Assembly: GCA_000182565.2 (NCBI GenBank)
Contig: KQ257450.1
From: Spizellomyces punctatus DAOM BR117
Lineage: Eukaryota
Length of the DNA stretch: 64,000 nt
Direction: 5' to 3' (one strand)
Part shown: piece after piece, positions 31,540-42,400 of the stretch
How the letters are laid out: the number at the start of each line of letters is the position of its first letter
How positions within the stretch are numbered: position 1 is the first letter of the stretch
Notes under the pieces: model-generated
Databases searched by the model: none
Seen by the model: the letters and a program-made list of their open reading frames with translations, nothing else
Told to the model about the DNA's origin: nothing
Program-made: the position numbers and the translations under genes

Positions 31540-32162
31540 ATACGTTCCGTCAACCCAAACGCACTCGCGATTCAGATGTTGACATCAAACGCATGCACCG
31601 AACACATTTCATAATCCACTTTGTTGTTCTCTGCTTCGGACCACACATACTATCATCAGATAGAGCTTTTAGTGTCCATCCTCCTTGCTTGTACTTTTTA
31701 CTTTTGTAGTGGAATTTAGCTTAGTTTGGTTGTTGGTTGGTTTTATTACTTCTTGTTCTTGCTTTATGCTTTAGTCTCCCAAAATGTGCATAGTGTGAAT
31801 ATGTTGCCAAGATCTGTCTCGTAAAAGTTTGTATGCTCAGCAATAATCTGAGCTTTTGATTTAGTTTGCACGGCAGCTATGTCCTGTGTTAATCCTCCCA
31901 TCCTTTCTGGACCACAACCGAATTATGCTCTGCCAATTGGTCACACTGGGATTTTGCGGCTTGCACAAGAGTTTAAAATAGTAACTACCTTCTTACCACC
32001 ACTTTTGTTAAAATCTTGAGTTTGTTTGGGTGACATGGGACGCAAATGCAAACACTAGAAAAGAATTTGGAAATCTTGTATTTGTATTTAACTATTATTG
32101 TGTGCTTTGTCAAAGACTCTTTGCATGTGAACGTCGTTCCGCTTTGTAGAACAAGCTTAATA

Positions 32163-32235
32163 TAGTGCGGAGCCGATGGGTATTGGCACTAGCACCCGCA
32201 CCAGGGATTGAACCGGCGACAACCAGTTCGGAAAA
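32163..32235 (-). ncRNA. Fanzor omegaRNA scaffold (guide continues into flank about 32148-32162)
   Basis: Minus strand TTTTCCGAACTGGTTGTCGCCGGTTCAATCCCTGGTGCGGGTGCTAGTGCCAATACCCATCGGCTCCGCACTA just 3' of the Fanzor stop; stems GAACTGG/CCGGTTC and GTGCGG/CCGCAC; resembles the SpuFz1 omegaRNA as I recall it; conserved in two other elements here. Confidence 0.88.
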
Positions 32236-32250
32236 GGTAATCTAACTAAT

Positions 32251-34128
32251 CTACGCTACGGCTGGAACACCCCTGCTGAACACTTTTGGTCTACCGTGTC
32301 CATCTAACATTGATTGCACGATCATCAGCATGTTGCAGGTGCTCAGCGTGTCCCTGTTCCAGTAGCGCATCGTCCAGGCTTGCTGACAGTTAGGGTTGGT
32401 ACAACCCAGCAATCCATGGACTTTTTCAATCTTGCCTTCGCGACGGCGCCAAGGTCTTGAATGAGGTCGTGTTTTGAAGCCTTTTTCAAGGAAGTCAGCG
32501 GATGAGGCCAAACAGTGAGGGCAGACAGATGAGGTCTTGTACTCGTCGAGAAGGAAGCAGTTGATCCTGTTGCGCTTAAAGAGGGTGCGCCAGCCTTTCG
32601 TCTTTGATGAGGTCTGAAATCTCGCAGTTCGACCGGCATCGCTCCAATCTCCCATCACAATGGTAAAGTTCCCAAACTTGTTGTGCATGTTGGATATGAG
32701 GTCTGATTCGCTCTTCTGACGGTTTATGAATGCGTGCCATTTCCATCGCGTGTGGGCAGGGTGGGAGTAGAATTCCTTGCGACGATCCGAATCTGCGCGG
32801 CGAACAAGAAGGTAGCGAGTAAAGTCCATGAGGTTCATCGTCTTGTGGCTTGGGATACGTGATTCTATGAGGTCAATTCCCGCTTCCTTCTTCATCTGCT
32901 GTCGTTCCTTTCGCTGCCGACGGCTGCCTGTCTCCATGGCTCGCTGGTTTGCGGTGTAACGGAACGTTGTACCATTGCTGTCTTGGCAGTAGAGAATATC
33001 GCGCTTGTTTGGGTCAATGACGACAATGTTTTCTGCTGCCCGACAAGCAGGTAAGTTTTTCTCCATGTATTGCACTTTAACTTCGTCCTCTAAACTCTTT
33101 GCTGACTTTCTCGCTCCCTTTCCATACTTGTCTGCTTCTGGGTGCTTTAGGTATACAGACACCGAGGTTCCATCTGTACTGATCGAGCCTTCAAACTGCA
33201 TACCGCGGCGAGACCGAAAAGCCTTGTTCCGCAGGTTGCACACGCGCAACCATAAATCGACCTTTTCGACAGTTTCCGCTTCTCGTCGTGTGATGCAAAG
33301 GATATGCTGGTACAGGATGACGGTGTCGATGCGAATATGGGACTGCATCAGAGACCGACGAAGAGGTATTGCGCTGAACCGACGGAAGCCATGTCGTTCA
33401 TACAGCACAGAGAGTTTGCAGTAAGCAGGAAAGAAAGCGAGAGGGTCAACAGCAACCGAATATGCGAGCGGCTGGTCAGAAAGGGGAATGAAGGACCACA
33501 TCTCTTCTAGAAGCTCACTCTCCTCAGCAGTCAAGTCATCCAGTGACTCGGGCATGACATCAAAAAGAAAAATTGACTTCAAGTAGCGAAGACGAGCAAA
33601 GAAAGCTTTCCGCGCATCGCTTTTCAGTGGCAGTCGCCCCCGTCCCTTCACGTTGAGCCGCAGATTGATATACCGGAGCAGCATCTGCATGAAATGCTCT
33701 TGAATGTTGACTTTCAGGTTTGTCATCATACTCGCTGTCAGGTAATTGATTGACTGCTGCTCGCCTCGTAGATTTGGGTGAATGAAGCCGACGATTTGGC
33801 AGTACCGACGAATGTATGGCAACAAGCATCCGCGTAGTGCCTTCTTTGCTTCCTTTCTTGGATGCCAAGCCTCCCCCTTGTTGAGAAGATAGAGAATCGC
33901 TTCGATTGTATCTTCATTTACCGTGGGAAAGGTTGGTGCATATAGGATGTAGAATTTGAGAGCGTGGGAAGCATGGTCAGCGAGTTGATGGATGATGGCG
34001 ATGTAATCTAGAAGACGCTGCCGGTAGGTCTCATTAGGCAAGAAAGCTTTTGCAAAGGAAGTCTTGTTGCAGGTATGTAAGGTGGGTTTGTCGAGTTTTT
34101 CAAGCTTTTGCTTCTTTTTTGGTGGCAT
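32251..34128 (-). CDS. Fz1: Fanzor1 RNA-guided DNA endonuclease (TnpB/Cas12 family), 625 aa from MPPKKKQKL
   Basis: Intronless ORF; NLS-like PPKKKQK; RuvC-I VVIDPN, RuvC-II LDEYKTS, Zn finger CPHC...CTNPNC, RuvC-III WNRD; TDGTSVSV motif; closely resembles SpuFz1 from memory; TATATAA at 34181-34187 lies between the upstream ATG (34215) and 34128. Confidence 0.95.
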   Translation of the reverse strand: MPPKKKQKLEKLDKPTLHTCNKTSFAKAFLPNETYRQRLLDYIAIIHQLADHASHALKFYILYAPTFPTVNEDTIEAILYLLNKGEAWHPRKEAKKALRGCLLPYIRRYCQIVGFIHPNLRGEQQSINYLTASMMTNLKVNIQEHFMQMLLRYINLRLNVKGRGRLPLKSDARKAFFARLRYLKSIFLFDVMPESLDDLTAEESELLEEMWSFIPLSDQPLAYSVAVDPLAFFPAYCKLSVLYERHGFRRFSAIPLRRSLMQSHIRIDTVILYQHILCITRREAETVEKVDLWLRVCNLRNKAFRSRRGMQFEGSISTDGTSVSVYLKHPEADKYGKGARKSAKSLEDEVKVQYMEKNLPACRAAENIVVIDPNKRDILYCQDSNGTTFRYTANQRAMETGSRRQRKERQQMKKEAGIDLIESRIPSHKTMNLMDFTRYLLVRRADSDRRKEFYSHPAHTRWKWHAFINRQKSESDLISNMHNKFGNFTIVMGDWSDAGRTARFQTSSKTKGWRTLFKRNRINCFLLDEYKTSSVCPHCLASSADFLEKGFKTRPHSRPWRRREGKIEKVHGLLGCTNPNCQQAWTMRYWNRDTLSTCNMLMIVQSMLDGHGRPKVFSRGVPAVA

Positions 34129-34180
34129 TGATGATATCTGTGGGAAAAGATGAAAGCCTGGGAAAATGGGCGACGACAAC

Positions 34181-34187
34181 TTATATA
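34181..34187 (-). promoter_or_regulatory. Putative TATA box of Fanzor gene
   Basis: TATATAA about 53 nt upstream of the ATG at 34128. Confidence 0.55.
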
Positions 34188-34619
34188 GGATTTTTTGGAT
34201 CAAACCATAGTTCATGAGTCTAAATCGAGTAAAATTATGATTAAATTGGTTGGAATCTATGTACTAGTGCCAATACCAATCGGCTCCGCACTATGGAAGC
34301 TGTCACAAGATTACGTCAGCTTCAATCTCCGCTGTTCGCCACGGTTCATGCTCCGCGTACTAAAAATAACAACAATATTATGACTATCTTTCGCAGAGCC
34401 CCACGGCTCTGTCAAACGACTAATAGTTTGGCATACTTATGTGGCTTCAAATTACCGGAAGAACTTCGAAACTTCTGTCCGCAAGAGCCTTCCGAGCTTA
34501 TTCATTCTAACAGTGGCTGGTCTCTGCTCCATGAGCAACTTTTGATTCTTGTTCTGAGCCCAGCAATATTTAGGGCGAACGTCTGAGTCTGTCTGTCGTT
34601 AGTGATCCAAAGAGTCTGC

Positions 34620-35904
34620 ATGATCATGTTCAAGTCATCACCGGAAGAACCCCCCGTAACGCTGAAAGCCGTCCTAAGCGGGCAAACCTGCCCGCCTATT
34701 AGTTATACTGACTTTGCGCAGTATATGAATCGAGAGGGGCAGGGACAATACATCGAATTTTATGAGGCTGTTCTTGGGTATGTTCTGCTGTACCGACAGT
34801 GGTCGGCCGGACAGATTGAGCGGGAACACCAGGCTCGAGTGGCGGAGAGAGCAAGGAAGGAAAAGGAGAACAGAGAGGCTAGAGAACGGGAACGGGAGAA
34901 GGAGAAAGGGAAGGACACGGAGTGTCTCAGCGAAGAAGGCAGATTGTGTGCTTTGACGGAAAGTGACGTGGAGAACGCAAGCGGTGAAAAGCCCAGCTCG
35001 TCAAATACGTTGCCAGCGGCTCAAAGTAATATCGCTTTGGAGCAATCAGATTGGGGTACCTATATGAATGTTATTCAAGGTCGACGCTCAACTTCAGCTG
35101 GAACCGACCAAACCGCCGTCCGTGGTCCGTTCCCTTCAAAGACCGAGAAGAAAGAGAGCATCAAGCTAGAGAACATGCCGATCGACTCCTTACACGAAGC
35201 TCTCGACACAAAAGCTCGACTAATCTTTGACACCTTTTTACGACAAGATAGCCCCAGTGTTGTTCCTATCCCAGAGGAACTCCGGACGTTCCTTCAATCC
35301 CACATTTGCGTACCGCCTCCCACGTACCAGCCCCACTCGCCCTCTCTTCTTCACCCAACCTTCAACCACGTTATAACGCAACTATCCCAAACGCACTTTC
35401 CAAAATTCCTTCACCAGGCAACACGTTACAATCTCTCATCTGGCGGCATCGCCCGTCGCATCCTCCTCTTTTGTACCTCCGCATTTATCACTGTCGCATC
35501 CCTGCTCATTAACATCTATTTGAAGCATTCACCGTATCTGCGGCTGCTCATGGCTATACCGATCTATTTTATGATTATTGGCGTCTGGCAGGCAAAAGCT
35601 AAATTTTGTGTCTTGTTTGCAAGACTCGGAAGGAGGGAAGATGCTGGCGGAGACATGTTTAGCTGGATGGCTGATAATTGTGAGTACAGTTTGTCGCTTG
35701 GCTTGGTTTGCTGATGAAAAGGCTTTTGACGATGTTTATTTCCCAGTACCCGTCGTCGACCCGGTAGTTCTTCGTATGCAACGGCGAAGAGCTCGCAAGG
35801 TGTCCACACTTACACAATTGGCAGCCATTTTATGCTCGGTAATCTTGTTGGTGGCTGTACCATCTCAGATTCATCCAGAGTATCGCTGGGTGTGGAGTCG
35901 ATGA
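34620..35904 (+). CDS. RGS-domain membrane protein (Rax1-like), 2 exons
   Basis: TLKAVLSGQTCPPISYTDFAQYM..EFY, IFDTFLRQDSP, HFPKFL..ATRYNL then hydrophobic helices and KFCVLFA; intron GTGAGT..CAG near 35680-35746. Confidence 0.7.
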
Positions 35905-36199
35905 TATGATACCTATCCTCATCCATGTACATAGTTCATGTATTAAGGACAATTGATTTTATAGATGGTTTCCTTTTTAATAGAAGCGTATTATAGGTAA
36001 GATGTGAGTAGTAAAAAGGCAAACATGAACCAAATCACATGAGAGCCAAAGTTGAAGATTTAAATGATTGGTTACTGGTTGGAGAAATTCAGACGGTTTA
36101 TCATCATTGGCATTCCTTTCGCGATATTATGCATGCTCTTGACGTTGAACACAAGCAAGAGGCGATCGTAGAGGGCCTCGAGTATGCTCATCTATTGTG

Positions 36200-36630
36200 A
36201 TGTTCAGTTGTTACTCTAATCTCTTCGCAATTAAATGGGTAGGCAGCAAGTATAGGGACCCATAGCTTTGACAGATCCTTGGCCATTTCCAATTCCGAGA
36301 TACACCCAAACTCCCTAGCACATTTTTGCGTGCTCTCATTATCCGTCATATGCTGACACCCCAAAGTGCCGTGACCTCTGCATAAGACTTTGTTCGAGTG
36401 ACTGCTCAAATGACAGGTCAAGACTAGGACCAGACCTAAAATTGCATGTTGACATCTGCCCGCTAGCCACAGCTTGGAGACTGGGGACTCTCAGATATTT
36501 ACATCGTAAATCATGCTAATGCTATGATTTTGACCCATTCCACATTTTCTTTCGATCTGGCTGCAATAACCAGATCATCGACATAGAGCACAAAGGGCCA
36601 TATGCATTTTGAATTATGATGCGCAACGTG
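36200..36630 (-). pseudogene. Degenerate Ty1/copia reverse-transcriptase fragment
   Basis: FVLYVDDLVIAARSKENVEWVK matches the copia RT YVDD motif; surrounding frames are broken. Confidence 0.5.
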
Positions 36631-36964
36631 GCAAGAATGGATCGATTCCCTTGAAATCTCACTATCTACTGGTAGGATGACACCGGCCATTGGATACCTT
36701 GCATGGTGAAGCGGGCGATTGTTGCGCATGCTGCACAGCCATGGCATGGGCGCTAGAATGAATTTGTCGCTTTGATTGCGCGCAAGTCCCGGCGCAAGAA
36801 TCGGCCGCCCTTCGCCCATATGGGCGCCGCAAGTCATTCCACACAAGGCTTTCGCGTCGGGCACTGGCCACACACCAGCCACTGCCTATCGTAATTCGGC
36901 TCAACTCTTGCTTTGCGAGAGTGTAGATCGTTCATTACGAATTGTATGTCTTTTGTTATTGACT

Positions 36965-38529
36965 ATGCCTGCAAACTTCATACCTGAGGTCAGCACTCCA
37001 TAGCAAGAATCCTGCGAGCTCCTCGCGACATCACCGCTCAACGTCCAGCATGGGACGTACAAACCCTTTGACCGGGCGACGGTTCATGATTCCTCCAACG
37101 AGCCACTTGAGCCCCACAGAAGCTTCTGTATTGAAGAGATGTTTCCCGGTGGAGGACATTGAGATATTTGACGCTGGGTATCGACATAGTTTGAACCAGT
37201 ATGGTGACAATCATGAGTATGAGGAGTTTGACGGCAGCTTTCTTGGGTTTGGTAAGCGTTTTGCACTGTCTAGGCACGCTGTATTTGATGTTCATGATAT
37301 CGGTTGGTCTTTTCAGGCCCTCCTATGAGGAAAAAAAGGAAGAGCTCAGACGCAGCAACCGCAGATACCGATGCCTCCCCTGAATTCGTTCCGAAGATAG
37401 CAAGGGCTGTGAGCCGGTCTTCTTCTGACTCTATAACCTCAGCCCGTGGTATGGATGGAACATGTTTGAACGTTCATTTTAAAGGCCTGTATTAAATCCT
37501 ATCGTTAAAGTATCACCACCAAAGTCGTCGAATGAGACGAGCACGCAACCAAACCATCCATCAACAACCCAACTTCCAACGGCGTCAAAATCACACGAGA
37601 AAGGTGAACGGCACGGCATTTCGTCATCATCGAGAATATCACCAAAACGCCCATCTGGCAACAAGAGCCAGAGTCCATCTATTTCATTCATCGCATCGCA
37701 ACATTCGTCGAAAGGACAGACTACCATTGGCTCAAGCACTCCATCCGGTTCCTCCTTATACCCTCAGTCCTCTCGTCATCGTGTACAAGATATCAAGCAT
37801 TCTTCACCCATTTCACCTAGTCTTCATACAAGCAATGTGGCAAGTCCACCGACCAAGCGGTCATCCAATAACAAAAGCCCTGCAACCTATACATTGCCCG
37901 ATACTCCACAGTCCAAAGTAACTGATGCCAGCCGATCATCACCTACTCGACTCGGATCTCCCAGCAATAAAAGCCGACTTGCCAAGCAAGCAGAAACGGC
38001 TGGAAACCTCCCTGCTAAAGATAAGGGTGATATACCAGAGTTTCTTCGAAAAATGATGCAGCGAACATCGCGACCTACCCTCTCTGCATTTGCGGGTGCA
38101 ACCCGATATCATGGTAAACCCCGGCTGGCGCACGGAGGCAATCGTATTTCGAAATCGACAACGATCCAGCCGCCAGATTGGTTGACCAAATACAAGGATG
38201 GAAAGGTTTCGAGGGTTAGCATTGAATCTACCTTTTGCATGCGACAAGTGGAGCTTCCTGATATTCTCTTTCATATTTAGATTGAGAGATATCGTCAAAC
38301 TCATGGATTTCCAGATTTACTGCAGATCTGGAAAGAAGCAGGCCAGCTGACAGCAAGGTATGCGTCAGTCAGTGAGCCAAGAGAGCAGTATGGTCCGTTT
38401 ACGTGTACCTCTATGTCAGGATGGCATCTGTAAATATTAAAAACAACAAACGGCACGCAAAACTCGAGGACGAGCAGCGAAGGAAGTCTTCACCTTTCAG
38501 AAAAGCTGGATTCGGGAGTTCAAAGTAAA
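36965..38529 (+). CDS. Hypothetical multi-exon Ser/Pro/Lys-rich protein
   Basis: ORF pieces 37050-37250, 37316-37448 and 37837-38214 are joined by plausible GT..AG introns; basic RKKRK; no recognised domain. Confidence 0.45.
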
Positions 38530-39418
38530 AACCAACCCTGTAAATAAACAAAGCATGACGCGGACGCGTCCTTTATGAATGGAACCACATCTGATCGAGT
38601 CGAACCGAATCCCGGATATTTTCAAAACGAAAGACGCAACAAACCCGACTGACTTTTCCATTTTGTCCTTTTGCCGGCCCATTAGTGGTCTTTTTTGTAC
38701 AGGCGTCCGCCCATCTTTACTCCCATTCACGCCTCCTTTTTGCAGGGAGGATTAATAGGAGTTTGGTCGTTCACCAAGAATACAAAGGCATTCGCACGCA
38801 ATTTGATTCGTGCTCCGTCCTCAAGAATCCAACCGTTAGTAACAAGGGACCACTGTTCTCGAACACTACCGTCACTTGCCCACCAACACCATTATCTTTT
38901 CCCTTGCAGTGCATCGTTGGACTTTAGGCAGAGATTGAAAGTATACAGACGCTCTGCTCTGGCACTTTGGTAGGTTCATATTCCTGGTGCATTGCGCCCT
39001 CTGATTTGAAACGAAAGCTATCCTGGCTGACTGCGGAGTATTTGGCTGCTTTGCAGAATCGAGTTATCGGTGTACAGTTATTTGGAAGTTGCATCTTAGA
39101 TTAACACGAGGTGGGTGTCGTGGGCGGCTTCTATTCGGTTTTTCCAGCCTGCGTTTTCCAAAAGCTGACAAACCCGACTGCGGTCCTAATAAAGCAGCAT
39201 CCCTTTAAAGTTTTGCATCGTTGATATTAAGACGTTAAGTCTGCGCGGTAGGTATTTTCGTTCTTTGTAGACGGTGTAGTGCGTAATCCTGCCATTTACT
39301 GATCATTTTGGGCCTCTCTTCACCCTGTTATTTTTTCCGCATCACCTTTCCTTGCGCCTTCCGCCTCGCCCAACCCTTTTCCGGACTGTATCCTTTGGAC
39401 GCATAGCCAGATCACGAG

Positions 39419-42400
39419 ATGACTACGTGGGCGCAAAGAGCATCTGCTCCAAAAAAGCCAGCGCAAGCGGCTCCGACTGTGAATGTAGGGAAGGGTAAAA
39501 CTGGCGGCGGTGGGAATGTGAAAGCAGGATCTCCCACAACTACAGAAAAGTCTCCTATTGCACCAAGCCCTACCAACACGACACCTACTTCATCCGCCCA
39601 GCCTCCACAACCGGCACCTAGCCCGGTTGCTAACGGACCTGCTAATCCCAACACAACATCCGCTCGTCCAAAATCACCCCAAGGCGCCGTCAAAACACCA
39701 ATGAGCTTTGCAGCTATTTTGGCGAAAGGGAATCTTCCTACACAGAATGCGGCTAGTGCTGGAGGAAATGCCCCACAACAGGCAGCAGCTGAGGGTCAGG
39801 TGAACGGTAAGGCCTCCGTCTCAAAAGGTACATCTCACGTCAATGGCAAGCACACTGGGAAAGAAGCGCGACACAAAGACACTCAATCGAGGTTAGTATA
39901 AGTTGATTGCCATGATCTACCTTTTTCATATTGACCGATTTCGTACGTTTCCTGCTGCTGCAGACAAAGTGCGAGTGGAAACGGAGAGGCTGTACAATTT
40001 AAGGGAGCACTGAAGAATAAGTTGCATAGTGTTAATGCGCCAACGAAGCGGATGTCTTTTGGCTCTTTTGACTCGGAAGAGGCGCCAAATGGTGCACCTG
40101 CAACCGCAAATGCCCCTAGGGCAGCATCACCTCAGGATGCTGCGTCACCGGTAACATCGCCGATCGACGCACCTGCACCGGTTGCTCCCTTGGCGGTGAA
40201 GGATGCTCCCACAGCCACCGCGGCGTCCAGCGCCGCTACACCAACACCAGCTACTGGCACTCCAGTCTCATCTACGGCTCCGACGACGCTTTCTCATCAA
40301 CCCAAACCCGTGAGTATCCGCTGAGGCAAAGAACATGTTGTTTCACAGAGCTCATTTATATATCCTCTATGAATATAGGTATCTGCAGTTGCTGCACGTG
40401 CTGTTCCCGTTCAACCTACCATTCCGCGCACTATGTCTGCTCCCCCGACGATGAAGCAGGGTGGCAAGGGGCCCGCAGTTGGACAAGTGCAAGGACAACC
40501 ATCTGGGACCTCGGTAGCTGGGGAAGTTCAGCACACCGTTCCTGTCACTGGTGTCAGTGCACCGGGACCTGGTCAAGTTTCCCCTGTGACCCCAATGCAG
40601 CAACACGTCTCACAGCCGCACGTTCATCCCGCACATCCGGCAGGTCACCATGCACAAACTCACGCTCCTCACCACCCGCAGTTCCATCAACCAACGGCAC
40701 AACACCATCACCCGCAACATCATCATCAGCAGTTGCACCCCGCTACTCATCAGCAGGCGCACACGTATGCACCTAGACATCAACAACATATGAGACCACC
40801 TGCCATGCCCAACGCTGCGCCATACGTGAAACAGTACAAGCCACATGGTGTGGCGGTGAGTTTCTTGTCACCGTTACTTTCTTATTTGCCCCCCTGATTG
40901 ACATTAATTTTGATTAGCCCAATGCTCACGTGGCGGCAATCTCGCAGCCAGGAGTACCGCATCAAATGTTGGGCCCGACCCCAATCTCGGGGCCGAATCC
41001 TACAGCCATGTACGCGTATGTCCAAGGAGTCCCACAAGTGAGTAGGCTCGCTGACTTGCTGCCTGCTGCTTGCTAATAATTGTATCATTATGCACACCAG
41101 TATTATACGTCGTATTATGACCCACAGATGCCATACACACAATTCACACCCGCATACATGCAGTATCCGCCTCAAATGATACCTCAAGGAGGTATGCCTT
41201 CGACACCGACGGGGCAAAGATTTACCGGACCCAATCATGCACCAACTACACCGACAAGCACTCCTGGAAGTGCTCGCAATAGTAAAGCAAGAGTGCCTGT
41301 TACCATCAAGCGGCCGGACACCGATGAGCCAGTTCAGCTTCCTCAAGCCACAACAGCATCCTCACCTGCACCACGGACAAGTGCTCCAGCCATTCAGCCA
41401 AAGGTTGAAACTCCCAAATCTAAAGTTCGTATTGTGTTGAAGAATCCTGAGACAGGCGAAGAGATCTTGAACATCAAAGGCGAGGAAGCACAGAAGAAGG
41501 AGGATGATGTCGTGACAAAGACTGAGAAGAATGAGGATACCCCGGTAGCTGAAACGAAAGAGACACCGCAACCCGAAGCTCCAACTGCCGTCCTGAAGGA
41601 GGCAGACGAAGCTCTTCCTACCGCGGAAGCGAAGCCGGTAGCGGAAGTCAAGGTTCCAGTTAAGGTAGATACTAAAGAGGCGAAAAAACCAGAGGTTGTT
41701 CAGATACCTAAGCCGGAGACAAAGGAACAACCCAAACCTGTTCCGTCGAAGGAGGTCACGGAGGATGTTTCCGCGGAGCCTGCTAAAGTGACACCGCCAG
41801 CTCCGGTACCCACTACGGCTGCTGAGATTTCTACTGAGAAGACAGATTTGGCACCTTCCCAGGAGGCCAAAGTGGCGCAGGCGAAGGAAGACGTAGAAAA
41901 GGTGCCGGATTCGAAAAAGGATGTAGAAAAGGTTCCGGAATCCAAAAAGGAGGAAAAGATTGAAGCTCCGAAAGAGGAACAGGTGACACTGAAAGAAGCC
42001 GTCTCGGTAGATGAAAGTGCAGTCGCAAAGTCGGAAGTTCCTGAAGCCGCGAAACCAGCAGAACCTGTGGAGCCTGAGCTGGAAGATGGGGAAATTGCGG
42101 AGGATGACGGTGCAAAGGAGTCCGCCCCGAAACCTGAAGCACCAGCGATTGATGGCGCGAAACCAATTGCCACATCCGAAGATGTTCCAACGGACGCTAA
42201 TCTGCGGCGATCTGCCTCACCTCTAATTGATGAGGAGGCTACCAAGCCAGCTGGGTCCAAAGGAGAGCTGCCAAGTAAAATTGACACACGACCAGCCATG
42301 AAGCGCTTAGAGTCTTTCGAAGGTGTCAAGTATCCCAGTACCGTCCCATCGCCTTCCCACGAACCTGGGAAGCCCTTCCGGTATCAAAGGGATTTCCTTC

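Larger units (their letters stand above)
32165..34291 (-). mobile_element. Fanzor1-carrying TIR element (Spu-1-like), 2127 bp, no transposase
   Basis: 28-bp TIRs at 32165-32192 and 34264-34291 (1 mismatch), TA at 32163-64 and 34292-93, CATA at the left junction on the minus strand. Confidence 0.95.

Noticed and set aside
31789-31800. CATAGTGTG resembling a ghost left end (also CATAGTG near 63834)
   Set aside because: Match is only 7-9 nt with no TGGCACTAG core or partner TIR; consistent with chance
34129-34215. 29-aa N-terminal extension of Fanzor in the ORF track (start 34215)
   Set aside because: A TATA box lies inside it, and the known homolog begins at MPPKKKQK as I recall
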